Source: Acidimicrobiia bacterium (GTDB lineage: Bacteria > Actinomycetota > Acidimicrobiia > Acidimicrobiales > JANYDT01). Taken from it: DNA of 64,000 nt. The stretch is taken from the NCBI GenBank assembly GCA_025359845.1, contig JANYDT010000076.1, positions 307 through 64,306 of the forward strand, given 5' to 3'. This document shows positions 43,123 to 52,218 of the stretch, one piece after another. The notes beneath the pieces are model-generated. The model ran no database searches. It saw only the letters and a program-made list of their open reading frames with translations, and was not told where the DNA came from. Numbering within the stretch: position 1 is the stretch's first letter; each line of letters begins with the position of its first letter. The position numbers and the translations under genes were made by a program.

Positions 43123-43941
43123 TCAGGCCATGGACACCTGGCCGCCGTCGACGGTCATCAGTTCGCCCGTGGTCCACGCCCCTTGGTCACTGCACAGGTA
43201 GACCGCAGCGGCCGCGATCTGCTCGCCCGTACCGGCGACCCGCAGGGGAATCGCGCTCACGACTCGGTCCCAGGTGTCGCGCATGCCATCCATTCGGGAG
43301 GTGTCGATCAGACCCGGACAGATCGCGTTGACCCGAATACGGCTCGGCCCGAGTTCTTTGGCCATCGCGCAGGTGAGCGCGTGAATACCGGCTTTCGACG
43401 CGCTGTACGCCGCAGTGTTGGCCGCCATCATCCGACCGGCGATCGAACTGATGTTGATGATCGCCCCACCCTTGCCCTCGGCCACCATGCGCCGGCCGAA
43501 GGCTCGAGACATGAGGAACGTGCCGTTGAGGTTCACGTTGATAACTGTCATCCAGGCGTCGACGGCCAGTTCGATGACCGGCACCCGGTCTTCGCCGCGG
43601 GCCGCGCCGGCGTTGTTGATGACGAAATCGCATCGACCGAACTCGGCGTATACCTGCTCCACCAAACGCTCGACGGCCTTGGGGTCGGAGACATCCGAGA
43701 CCAACGCGAGGGCTTTTCGACCCTGCGCCCGCACCTCGTCGGCCACTGACTCAATATCTCGCCAGCCCACCGCCTTCTCGTCGTCGGGGTAGCGCTCGGG
43801 TGGCCGGCCCGTCCCGGTGAGCACGATGTCGCAGCCGGCTCGGGCCAACTCGACGGCGATGGGTCGTCCAATGCTGCGCATCCGCCCCCCGCCGGTGACT
43901 ACCGCGACAGTATTCTCGAACCCCGTAAGTGTGTAGGTCAT
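43123..43941 (-). CDS. Short-chain dehydrogenase/reductase (FabG-like)
   Basis: VAVVTGGGRMRSIGRPIAVELARAG, NNAG, SSIAG, and YSASKAGIHALT (the Y-x3-K catalytic motif). Confidence 0.8.
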   Translation of the reverse strand: MTYTLTGFENTVAVVTGGGRMRSIGRPIAVELARAGCDIVLTGTGRPPERYPDDEKAVGWRDIESVADEVRAQGRKALALVSDVSDPKAVERLVEQVYAEFGRCDFVINNAGAARGEDRVPVIELAVDAWMTVINVNLNGTFLMSRAFGRRMVAEGKGGAIINISSIAGRMMAANTAAYSASKAGIHALTCAMAKELGPSRIRVNAICPGLIDTSRMDGMRDTWDRVVSAIPLRVAGTGEQIAAAAVYLCSDQGAWTTGELMTVDGGQVSMA

Positions 43942-44070
43942 GGCGGCCCTTCTAGCACGCCCGGACCAAAGGCCTCAGGTCCAAAGCATCAGGTCGCCGA
44001 GTCGTAGGGTCATCGGCCCCCTCCTTCAGGCCGTTGCCGGGCCGGGAGCCAAACGCCGACCCGCTGCGCC

Positions 44071-44952
44071 TCACACGACGGAAGTGGCGAGACGCCGCAA
44101 GTAGGCGCCGTACGAAGACTTGCCCAGTGCTTCGGCCAACACCCCGAGTTGCGTCCGGTCGATCCATCCGTTGCGATAAGCGATCTCTTCGATGCACGCG
44201 ATCTGTTCGCCTTGGCGCCGCTCCAGCACATGTACGAACTCGCTCGCTTCAAGGAGCGATTCGTGCGTACCGGTGTCGAGCCAGGCCATGCCGCGGCCCA
44301 GGGTGCTCAGCCGAGCGGTACCGGCATCGACGTAGGCGCGGTTGACATCGGTGATCTCGTACTCGTTTCGCCCTGAAGGCCGAATGCCCCGGGTGACCTC
44401 GACGACGGTGCCGTCGTAGAAGTACAAACCCGTAACCGCAAGATGAGATTTGGGGGTATCGGGCTTCTCCTCGATCGAGAGAATACGTCCCGTTGCGTCG
44501 ATTTCAGCGACGCCATAGCGCTCAGGATCGGTCACGACATAGCCGAACAACGAACAGCCACCCTCGGCCGCAACCCGATCGGCCTCGCCCCGCAGTAGGG
44601 CCGACAGACCGTGCCCATGGAACAAGTTGTCGCCGAGTACCAAGCAAACGGGCTCATCGCCGACAAAACCGGCCCCAACTATGAACGCTGCGGCAATCCC
44701 GTTCGGCTCGGGTTGCGCGGCGTACTCGAACCTCATGCCGAGATCGCCACCATCGCCGAGCAATCGCTCGAACAACGGAAGATCGTGCGGGGTCGAGATC
44801 ACGAGCACTTCGCGAATTCCGGCCAACATCAGCACCGACAACGGGTAGTAGATCATCGGCTTGTCGTACACCGGCAAGAGCTGCTTCGACACGGCCTTGG
44901 TGACTGGGTGCAACCGCGTGCCGCTGCCCCCGGCCAAGATGATCCCTCGCAT
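44071..44952 (-). CDS. rmlA: Glucose-1-phosphate thymidylyltransferase
   Basis: [54 protein letters not shown]... is highly characteristic of RmlA/RfbA. Confidence 0.92.
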   Translation of the reverse strand: MRGIILAGGSGTRLHPVTKAVSKQLLPVYDKPMIYYPLSVLMLAGIREVLVISTPHDLPLFERLLGDGGDLGMRFEYAAQPEPNGIAAAFIVGAGFVGDEPVCLVLGDNLFHGHGLSALLRGEADRVAAEGGCSLFGYVVTDPERYGVAEIDATGRILSIEEKPDTPKSHLAVTGLYFYDGTVVEVTRGIRPSGRNEYEITDVNRAYVDAGTARLSTLGRGMAWLDTGTHESLLEASEFVHVLERRQGEQIACIEEIAYRNGWIDRTQLGVLAEALGKSSYGAYLRRLATSVV

Positions 44953-45006
44953 GAGGGCGCGAGGGTAGTCCCGCGGCGCGACGAGCCCGAACGGCGCTAC
45001 TTGCGT

Positions 45007-48000
45007 CTACTCCCGAAAGCCGCTGCCGTCCTCGTAACGGAGCTGCTTCATGTTCTCGTTGACGATCTGGCGGACGTCTGAGGGGAAGTCGTCGGCTCGG
45101 TCGGCGCTCAGTTCGAGGCGAATCTCGACCGATGTCCCGTGCAGGGCGAGCAGGTGGGTGATGACCTCTTCGACGCTGCGCCGGAACTCCTTGGTGAGAT
45201 TGGCCGAATCGAGGACTACGGATGCGATGAATCTGGTCGGCGGCGCCGCGATGACGGACGTGGTCACCGAAGGCGCTCCCGCCCTCCCGTACCCTTCCGC
45301 TGTTTCGGGTCGAACGCTCACCGCGTCAGCTGGCGCCCGCTCTCGCGTGAGTTGCTGGTTGGCCGGTACGGGACGCACCAGCAGTGTGGATCCGGTTGCC
45401 GTTGCGAACGCGCCGCCGGCACTCAAACCGAGATACCGACCCGTGGTGGCGTCGTAGGCGTCGGCACAGGTGAACGAATCCATCGCCCACGTCACCGACG
45501 TTGGCGCGTTGCGGGCCGTGTCTTCGACGACTCCGATCGACGCGAGGCGTGGGAGGTAGACGTAGGTGGCGATGAGGTCCCACAGACGGCTCACCGAGAC
45601 GTGACCCTTCGCGCACTCCGGCGCCAATACGCCATCAAGCAAGGTGCGCAGCAGCACGGGCGGGTACACTGTGAAGAGCTTGGACTCGGTCACCAGTTTG
45701 TTGGCCGCCCGTATCGCCAGCCCGGCCGCCCCATCGACACGCAGCACATCGAAACCGATCGGTCCGATCGGATCGGGCTGGACCGGCACCAGCAGCCACC
45801 GGTACGCGGCGACGAGGCGAACGTCGGAGTTGCGTTGCGTCTCCTCGCGCCGAGCGCGGGCTTGCGCGATCTGCTGCACCGACAGGTCGAGTTCTTGACC
45901 CTGATCGTCGATCCACGCCCACGCCAGTTCTTCGGCCACGGCCCTTTCGAGATCGGGCAGCACCGCCTGATCGGCGGCCAGGAACACGATCATGTTGGGA
46001 TAGTCGCGAGTGCCCGAGCCGCCGGAGACAAGGATCGAGCGGGCGCTCGTCCACGCCCCCGAGTCCTGGCTGCGTTGCACGTGAGTCACGTCGGGCGCCA
46101 GCACGACAAGTCGGACTTCGGCCGTATCAGTCACGCCTTCCGGTCCCTCGGGAGCGATGTGCACCTCAGCGAAATGGCCCTTCGCCTTCGTCGCCGCGAC
46201 GAGCTTCCGCACGATCGCGGCGTGCACGACCGGCCTCTCCAACGACAACAGACGGTCAGCCCGATCACGGGCCATCCGGGTCACACCCGGTTGCGTGCCG
46301 AACCAGTAGGTGGCGTCTTCGCCGTAGAGGTACGTCGCCCGATCAGCAAGACGAGCCAGCGCGTCGCCGTACACCGAAATGGTTTGCTTCGGTAGCGCAC
46401 AACCCAGGCGTACCCTGGCCGCGTCGATGCCCCGTCCACCCCGACCGGCTCTGGGCGCCGAACCGAAGAACACCGTGCGGGCCACCCTTCTCGCCGCAGC
46501 GTATTGGCCGAGATTCTTGAACTCCTCGTCGAGCGCCCTCGACATCGACGACGGCCCGTCGACGTCGGTATCGATGATCGGTTTCCAATTGTCATCGAGG
46601 TGGCGGGTCAGCTCGGTCATCGCCCCGGCATCGTCGAGCGGGATACTGGCCGGCAGAATCAACGGTGACTGATCACCGGAATGCCATAGCACGTGGATTA
46701 CGGTGGCCATCAGCCGCAACACACCACGGGTCCGCTGGAAACGATCGAGCGTCGACCAGTCCTCGTACAGCCGCTCGAACAGTTCCGGGTGGATTGGGTA
46801 CGCGGCCCGGATCTTGGCCTCATAGTCAGGCTTGCGACACTCCGCCGGAAACTCAGGACCCTGAGACCGATAAAGGTCAGCGAACTCCCGGGCTGTCGCG
46901 TCGCGCAAGGGGAGTCTTTGTGGATCTATCGGCTGAAACAACCGTCGCTGCACAATGGCGAACGACTCCTCTGCCGTAGAGGGCCGCCAACTCGACTCCA
47001 TCCGCCCCACCACGTTGCGCAACCGCCGCAACGCTTCGCGACCACCCGGTCCACCCACTTCGTTTTCCGAACCGGCGACATCGCGGTCCGCGTCAGAACC
47101 GTCGGTCTCGCCGCGCTGCGACGCCGGCAGCGACACCACCAGTAACGCGCCGGGAGTCGCCCGCACTGCCTCGGTCAGCGCCTGCGCAAACGAGAAGTGC
47201 GTGTCGAACGTGCCCCCGACCACCACCTCGTCCTTGCCCAACAAATCACGGGCATAAGCCACCCACTCGTCGATCAGGATGAGACACGATGAGAACGCCC
47301 GCAGCAGGGCCCGCAAGTTGTCGCCAGGGTTCGTGCTCGTGCGGTCGGCCTCGGCCACGAACCGAAAGCCCTCAGCACCACCGAGCTGCCACGCCAACTC
47401 GCCCCACATGGTTCGCACGACGGTGCCGTCGGCTTTCTCGTTGGCCTGGCCCGGGCTCAACTGATTACCCACGATCACCACCCGCCGCACCGCCGGCAAC
47501 TGGCTGATGCCGACGCCTCCCAACAGGTCTTGCACATCTTGCGGGAACGCCGTCACCGCCGCACCGCTCAGCAAGTGATAGAGCGCGATCATCGAATGCG
47601 TCTTACCGCCACCGAACGTCGTTTGCAGATCGATGACCGGCGCACCGATCGCCTCGGTAGTCGAACTGACCCGGGTCGCCGCCTGCGCGAGCAACTGACG
47701 TAGCCCTTCGGTCACGAACATCCGCCGGAAGAACTCGACCGGGTCTGAGTATTCAGCGCGACCCTCGCCGGCGCGGACCTGATACAGATCGGCCGCGAAC
47801 TCGGCCATCGAGAGGCGCCGGAACTGGGTCACGTCGTCGTGGGGCACCACGACATCACGCCACGGGGTCAAGCCGGCCACTGCCGTCGACGCGACCCCCG
47901 CATCGGCGCCACGAGCCATGGCCTTGCGGGTCTGGTCTTCATAGCGGAGCCGCATCAGGTCGTCCTTCGAGCGTCCCACTTCGGTGGCTTCACGGGCGTC

Positions 48001-48357
48001 GACCGCGACCAGGACACGCTCGATCGAGTCGAGCGCCCGGTAGGCATCGTCGACGCTGAAGGTCTTGTTGTGCGCCCATCCGTTGCGAACATCGCGCCGC
48101 TCGAATACGAGGTTGCGCTCGGTGCGGCCCAGCTCCGAACGAAACGCCCCGTCCCAAGTGTCGGCCATCATCCGCAACAGGAACGACGGGTCGTCGAGCG
48201 AGAACTCGCTCAGTGGCGGCGCCGATCGCTTCGCATAGTCATTGGCCCACGTATCCGTCTTGAGCACCGTGCGCATGCGACGATCGACGTAGGGGCGCAG
48301 ACCGACGGCAAGGGCCTCGAACGCCCGCCCCACCCTGTCGCGATTGCTCAGTGCCAT
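45007..48357 (-). CDS. Swt1-like HEPN domain fused to DUF499-type P-loop ATPase
   Basis: From ATG 48357 the protein reads MALSNRDRVGRAFEALAVGLRPYVDRRM... The HEPN R-x4-H motif is RDVRNGWAHNKTF (RNGWAH = 48070-48087). Walker A is TTFGGGKTHSMIALYHL and Walker B is CLILIDEWVAY. A long C-terminal region is typical of DUF499 (1116 aa in total). Confidence 0.75.
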   Translation of the reverse strand: MALSNRDRVGRAFEALAVGLRPYVDRRMRTVLKTDTWANDYAKRSAPPLSEFSLDDPSFLLRMMADTWDGAFRSELGRTERNLVFERRDVRNGWAHNKTFSVDDAYRALDSIERVLVAVDAREATEVGRSKDDLMRLRYEDQTRKAMARGADAGVASTAVAGLTPWRDVVVPHDDVTQFRRLSMAEFAADLYQVRAGEGRAEYSDPVEFFRRMFVTEGLRQLLAQAATRVSSTTEAIGAPVIDLQTTFGGGKTHSMIALYHLLSGAAVTAFPQDVQDLLGGVGISQLPAVRRVVIVGNQLSPGQANEKADGTVVRTMWGELAWQLGGAEGFRFVAEADRTSTNPGDNLRALLRAFSSCLILIDEWVAYARDLLGKDEVVVGGTFDTHFSFAQALTEAVRATPGALLVVSLPASQRGETDGSDADRDVAGSENEVGGPGGREALRRLRNVVGRMESSWRPSTAEESFAIVQRRLFQPIDPQRLPLRDATAREFADLYRSQGPEFPAECRKPDYEAKIRAAYPIHPELFERLYEDWSTLDRFQRTRGVLRLMATVIHVLWHSGDQSPLILPASIPLDDAGAMTELTRHLDDNWKPIIDTDVDGPSSMSRALDEEFKNLGQYAAARRVARTVFFGSAPRAGRGGRGIDAARVRLGCALPKQTISVYGDALARLADRATYLYGEDATYWFGTQPGVTRMARDRADRLLSLERPVVHAAIVRKLVAATKAKGHFAEVHIAPEGPEGVTDTAEVRLVVLAPDVTHVQRSQDSGAWTSARSILVSGGSGTRDYPNMIVFLAADQAVLPDLERAVAEELAWAWIDDQGQELDLSVQQIAQARARREETQRNSDVRLVAAYRWLLVPVQPDPIGPIGFDVLRVDGAAGLAIRAANKLVTESKLFTVYPPVLLRTLLDGVLAPECAKGHVSVSRLWDLIATYVYLPRLASIGVVEDTARNAPTSVTWAMDSFTCADAYDATTGRYLGLSAGGAFATATGSTLLVRPVPANQQLTRERAPADAVSVRPETAEGYGRAGAPSVTTSVIAAPPTRFIASVVLDSANLTKEFRRSVEEVITHLLALHGTSVEIRLELSADRADDFPSDVRQIVNENMKQLRYEDGSGFRE

Positions 48358-49040
48358 GACCGTCCGCTTTCTGCCAGCTCGTTGCGAGGACGCCCGGCGC
48401 GCCACTCATCCGAATCGATCGCCACGAAACCGCGCCGAACCAACTTTGCCACCCGCGGCTGCGAACCATCGAGCGTGCGCACTACCAAACCCTCCATCGG
48501 GACTTCAGCAAACGCTGACACCCCGACAAGACGGTTCAGCCCGTCGAGACCGCCGACCACGACACCGCGATGCAGTACGGGCGCGACTGGCAAACCCATG
48601 GCGGCTGCCACCGCGTCTCGCTCGTCAATACCGGCGAACGCCCCATCGGCGCGCAACACGTCGAGCACCACCACATAATCGGTGAGGCGGTCGTAGTGGA
48701 CGGTATGGGTGAGCAGAAGCCACTCCGCATACACCGCCCGCACGCCGGCGAGCACCTCAACGAGGCGGTCGTGATGTTCGCCGATCCACGCCCGCAGCGG
48801 ACCGAGTTGGCGAGCCCGGTCCATGCCCGCCGCGCCCGAACGCAACGCGCACTTCACCACACCCTCGACCAACCACAACACCACGTTGGCACCGTCAAGT
48901 TTCTCCTCCACCAGCACCGGGCGGGAAAGCAGCTCTCTGACATTCGCGGCGTCGAGTGTCACGTCGTCGCTCGTACCGCATCCCTCAACCAGATGCGGCA
49001 CGCGAGGATACGGCGGCGGCTCGTCTCGGTGATCGCTCAT
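48348..49040 (-). CDS. ATP-dependent RNA ligase family protein (minimal nucleotidyltransferase domain)
   Basis: From ATG 49040 the protein reads MSDHRDEPPPYPRVPHL... Motif I is VEEKLDGANV, with the Lys codon at 48900-48902. AVYAEWLL (motif IIIa/IV-like) and EGLVVR / AKLVR (motif V-like) follow. The ATG overlaps the upstream stop (ATGA). Confidence 0.7.
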   Translation of the reverse strand: MSDHRDEPPPYPRVPHLVEGCGTSDDVTLDAANVRELLSRPVLVEEKLDGANVVLWLVEGVVKCALRSGAAGMDRARQLGPLRAWIGEHHDRLVEVLAGVRAVYAEWLLLTHTVHYDRLTDYVVVLDVLRADGAFAGIDERDAVAAAMGLPVAPVLHRGVVVGGLDGLNRLVGVSAFAEVPMEGLVVRTLDGSQPRVAKLVRRGFVAIDSDEWRAGRPRNELAESGRSWH

Positions 49041-49504
49041 GCGTACGCCCCCATGATGGCTTCGAGTGTCCAGACTTTGACGTCCCAACCCGCGCTTCGG
49101 GTCCGATACACGTCTCGCTCGACCAGAATGGATATGTCGCCGCCGCCCATCTGGGCGTTGCCGGCGAGATCGACGAACGACTGTCCCGTCGAGTCCCCGG
49201 CCAGAAACGCCTGCAAGAACTCCGGCCCCCAGTGAACATCGTTGATCTCCCACGGTGGCGTGCCCGTCGCAACCTTGTTCAAAAAGGTGGAGAGCGTTGT
49301 CGCCGCGCCGCGACGGTCACCGGTCTTGGCGTTGGCGATGTGTTTGCCGGTCTCGACGACCGCAGTGATCGGAATGACGAAGCGATCGCCGTCCTGGATG
49401 CGTTTCTTGAACTCGGCCGAGATCGCTTTGTGCTGCTGGTCCTTGCCGGGCACCCTCACCAACTCGCACAACACCGACGTGTCGATGAACCAGATCGTCC
49501 TCAC
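49037..49504 (-). CDS. PIN-like (predicted nuclease) protein
   Basis: 155 aa from a GTG start overlapping the ATPase stop (GTGA). The acidic/PIN-like positions are RTIWFIDTSVL, IPITAVVETG, GGGDISILVE and VKVWTLE. The assignment rests on motifs only. Confidence 0.45.
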   Translation of the reverse strand: MRTIWFIDTSVLCELVRVPGKDQQHKAISAEFKKRIQDGDRFVIPITAVVETGKHIANAKTGDRRGAATTLSTFLNKVATGTPPWEINDVHWGPEFLQAFLAGDSTGQSFVDLAGNAQMGGGDISILVERDVYRTRSAGWDVKVWTLEAIMGAYA

Positions 49505-50853
49505 GACGGGTCCAACAAATCATCGAGAAACGTCAACGCCGCGTCGACATCGACCGGCGGGCTGTCGCGCAAACGATCAGCCATAGCCGCCCGACCGAGC
49601 GAGCCCATCGCCGCGATGCGCCAGTAACCCTCAACATCAACGAGGCGACTCAGGTGGGTGCCGCCATCGTCGCCGCGCTGGCACACGATCACCGAACGAT
49701 GCTCGTCGCCATCGAGCGCATCGAGCACCGCCGGCGAATGCGCGGTGGCGAGCGCTCGAATACGGCGGCTCCGCAGCGAGGACCGGATCAACCGAACCAG
49801 AGTCACCGCTTGCGAAGCATGAAGACCGTTCTCCAACTCTTCGATCACCATTTGCGTCTGGCCGACCGCCTCATCGGCCGCCCGCACAACCGGCAACAAC
49901 GTGGCGTCGGGCGCTTGCAAGAGCGCGGTGAGAATGGCGAGGAATCGCAACGTCCCGTCCGACGCGGAGCGGGCCGACACTGCGAACTCCCGGTCGCCCA
50001 CCCGCTCGATGATCGCCAGGATCACGTCACCGAGACGAGACCTCTCGACAGTGAGATCGACAACCCGTTGCTCATTCACTTCGTCGAGCGCGCCCACCAG
50101 CAACGCCCGCACGGCGTCGTTGCTGATCAGAAGCCCAACCGCGGCCGACAAGTTGCCGGCGTCACGGCGCAGCAATGTGTCGCGCTCGTTGACGTAGGCG
50201 CGCATCTGGTTGGGGACAGGGTCAAGCACGAAAACACCTTGCAACGCAGCGATCACCTGTGCCGCAGCGAGATGGATCCGTTGGCCCGCCGCCGTTGCGG
50301 GAATGCGAGACAGAACCTGCGAGGCGAGAAGCCGCGTCGCACGAAACGACACGCTCGTCTTGGCCCCATCCCAGTGGGCGTTGATGTCGGACGAGTCGGC
50401 GTTGGGCGCATCAGTGACAAGCACTTCGCGATCCCCGATGGTGAGTCGCTCGTGAACGATTTGCAGCACCGGCTCGACTTGCACCGTGACATCCAACGTC
50501 ACGATCTTCGACTCGGTGGCGACCGTGCAGCCAAGGGTGAACACCCGCTCGCCGAACGGCGCACAACCCACCGCCCCGCCCCGCACGGATGGACCCTCAC
50601 GGCCACCGTCGAGCGCGTCACGAATATCTTCACCCGACGCCAGCCGCGCCAGTACCCACAACGCGTCAAGCGCGTTCGACTTCCCGCTTCCGTTGCGCCC
50701 CACGACCAACGTCAGATCATCGAGCGGCAGCGTCTCATTTCGATAGCTCTTGAACGAGGTGAGGCGCACCTCGGTGAGCAGCGATGGGGTGACGGTGACG
50801 GCCATGGTCAGGTCATGGCCTGCTTTGCCCAGGCTCGCGGCGATGTCCGACAC
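49501..50853 (-). CDS. ABC/SMC-type (AAA_15/21-like) ATPase
   Basis: FKSY...LVVGRNGSGKSNALDAL (Walker A), SDGTLRFLAILTALL (signature-like), VIEELENGLH (Walker B) and LATAHSPAVLDAL (H-loop). Confidence 0.8.
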   Translation of the reverse strand: MSDIAASLGKAGHDLTMAVTVTPSLLTEVRLTSFKSYRNETLPLDDLTLVVGRNGSGKSNALDALWVLARLASGEDIRDALDGGREGPSVRGGAVGCAPFGERVFTLGCTVATESKIVTLDVTVQVEPVLQIVHERLTIGDREVLVTDAPNADSSDINAHWDGAKTSVSFRATRLLASQVLSRIPATAAGQRIHLAAAQVIAALQGVFVLDPVPNQMRAYVNERDTLLRRDAGNLSAAVGLLISNDAVRALLVGALDEVNEQRVVDLTVERSRLGDVILAIIERVGDREFAVSARSASDGTLRFLAILTALLQAPDATLLPVVRAADEAVGQTQMVIEELENGLHASQAVTLVRLIRSSLRSRRIRALATAHSPAVLDALDGDEHRSVIVCQRGDDGGTHLSRLVDVEGYWRIAAMGSLGRAAMADRLRDSPPVDVDAALTFLDDLLDPS

Positions 50854-50905
50854 ATCGTGTCATCCTACGGCTCTGCCACGAACCACAGCCGACCAATCCA
50901 CGTTC

Positions 50906-51340
50906 GTGGGTGTTGCGAGTCGCCTAAACGCTTCCGCGGAAGCGCCTTGTCCCGCTCAGCGGAACGCGCCCTCGAGGCCGGCCCGTTGCCCGATTCGACC
51001 CGTTGATCGCTCGCCGGGTGACGTCTGGCTGATCGACTTCGGTGAGCCCATCGGCCGTGAACAGGCCGGTCGCCGACCCGCCGTCGTCATCACCGCTGAT
51101 GCAATGAATGACGGCCCCTCCGGGCTCGTCGTAGTCATCCCGATCACATCGACGCGTCGAGGGCTGCCATCGCACGTCGAACTCGACCACGTCGACACCG
51201 GTCTTGACACAATCAGTTACGCCAAATGCGAGGACGTGAAATCGATCTCGGAGCGGCGCCTGATCGCCCGACTGGGGTTTATTTCCGGCGTCAACCTCAT
51301 CGAGATCGAGAGAAATCTGCGCTATCTGCTCGCTCTTTAG
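50906..51340 (+). CDS. MazF/PemK-family endoribonuclease toxin (no adjacent antitoxin; start uncertain)
   Basis: GDVWLIDFGEPIGREQAGRRPAVVITAD...LVVVIPITSTRRGLPSHVEL...ISYAKCEDVKSISERRLIARLG is the MazF core. The conserved domain begins near 51015. The only in-frame start upstream is GTG 50906, which gives an atypical ~35-aa leader. Confidence 0.65.
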   Translation: MGVASRLNASAEAPCPAQRNAPSRPARCPIRPVDRSPGDVWLIDFGEPIGREQAGRRPAVVITADAMNDGPSGLVVVIPITSTRRGLPSHVELDHVDTGLDTISYAKCEDVKSISERRLIARLGFISGVNLIEIERNLRYLLAL

Positions 51341-51398
51341 CTACTTCCTCCGGACCTCGTCCTGCCGCCCGACGGTTGTTGAATGGGGGCGCAAGATG
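51224..51398 (+). repeat. Direct repeat copy A (~175 bp; mazF 3-prime end plus downstream sequence)
   Basis: aaatgcgaggacgtgaaat...gctctttagctacttcc...gacggttgttgaatgggggcgcaagatg recurs at 53358-53533. The two copies differ by a handful of substitutions and one 1-nt indel. Confidence 0.9.
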
Positions 51399-51417
51399 CC
51401 GGCCATCCACAGGGCGT

Positions 51418-52131
51418 TCACAAGCCAAGACTGCGCAGGAACTCGGATATGTCCGCAGCCTCTGCTAGTTCCGCAGGCCAGATTGCGGCCGGGTTGTCCT
51501 TCAGTGCTCGAGAGGCACTGTTCAACCGAACGAAGGGCGTCTGCCACCTCCCGGGAATGCCGGCTGTCTTGTCCAAACAATCGAAAAGCCTCGAAACGAG
51601 CCGACACGTCTCGAAGTCCCACTGCGGTCGGGCTCGGCTGTCACCCTGAGGGCTTGCAGAATGAAGCTCTCGGTAGGTGACATCTCGCCAAGCGGTGAGG
51701 TGGAAGAGGTGCACGGAGATCGAATTCTTGAACTTGGCACTTAAACACCCCGCCGCCTCGGGAGAGGGCAGATCGAAGTCCGTAACTTTAATATCCGTCG
51801 ACTTTGGGCTCTCAGCGGCGTAGAACTCAAGAAGGTTCCGAGAATGAAGAAGCAGACTATCGCGGATCATCACGCCAATTCCTGGAACGACTGAAGTCAC
51901 ACCAGCCCAGTCTTCGTTGGAACTCGATTGTTTCGCGTACCGTTCCCAAGACCCAGCGGCGACGGCAAACCAGCGATGTTCGTAGACCACGTGAACGAAC
52001 GCCTCATGGGGTCTAAGCTTTGGCAGTGTCGTCGGCGCCATACAACCAGAATAACAGCTATCCATGGCGATCACACGGGTTGGCGTTTTCGGCCAACTTC
52101 CACTAATGTCCAAGGAGCGAGTCTTGATCAT
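51418..52131 (-). CDS. Hypothetical protein (visibly lower-GC ORF)
   Basis: 237-aa ORF with ordinary amino-acid composition (FVHVVYEHRWFAVAAGSWERYAK...LLLHSRNLLEFYAAE...ISVHLFHLTAWRDVTYRELH). I recognise no motif. The DNA is noticeably A/T-richer than its neighbours. Alternative starts exist (M23, M31). Confidence 0.45.
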   Translation of the reverse strand: MIKTRSLDISGSWPKTPTRVIAMDSCYSGCMAPTTLPKLRPHEAFVHVVYEHRWFAVAAGSWERYAKQSSSNEDWAGVTSVVPGIGVMIRDSLLLHSRNLLEFYAAESPKSTDIKVTDFDLPSPEAAGCLSAKFKNSISVHLFHLTAWRDVTYRELHSASPQGDSRARPQWDFETCRLVSRLFDCLDKTAGIPGRWQTPFVRLNSASRALKDNPAAIWPAELAEAADISEFLRSLGL

Positions 52132-52218
52132 TTACCGTCCGCCGGTCAGCGCAACGTTACGCGGAATTGCGCGGTGGGTCCGTCCGGCCAGCGCGGCCCC
52201 GCTACAACGGTTCGGGGT

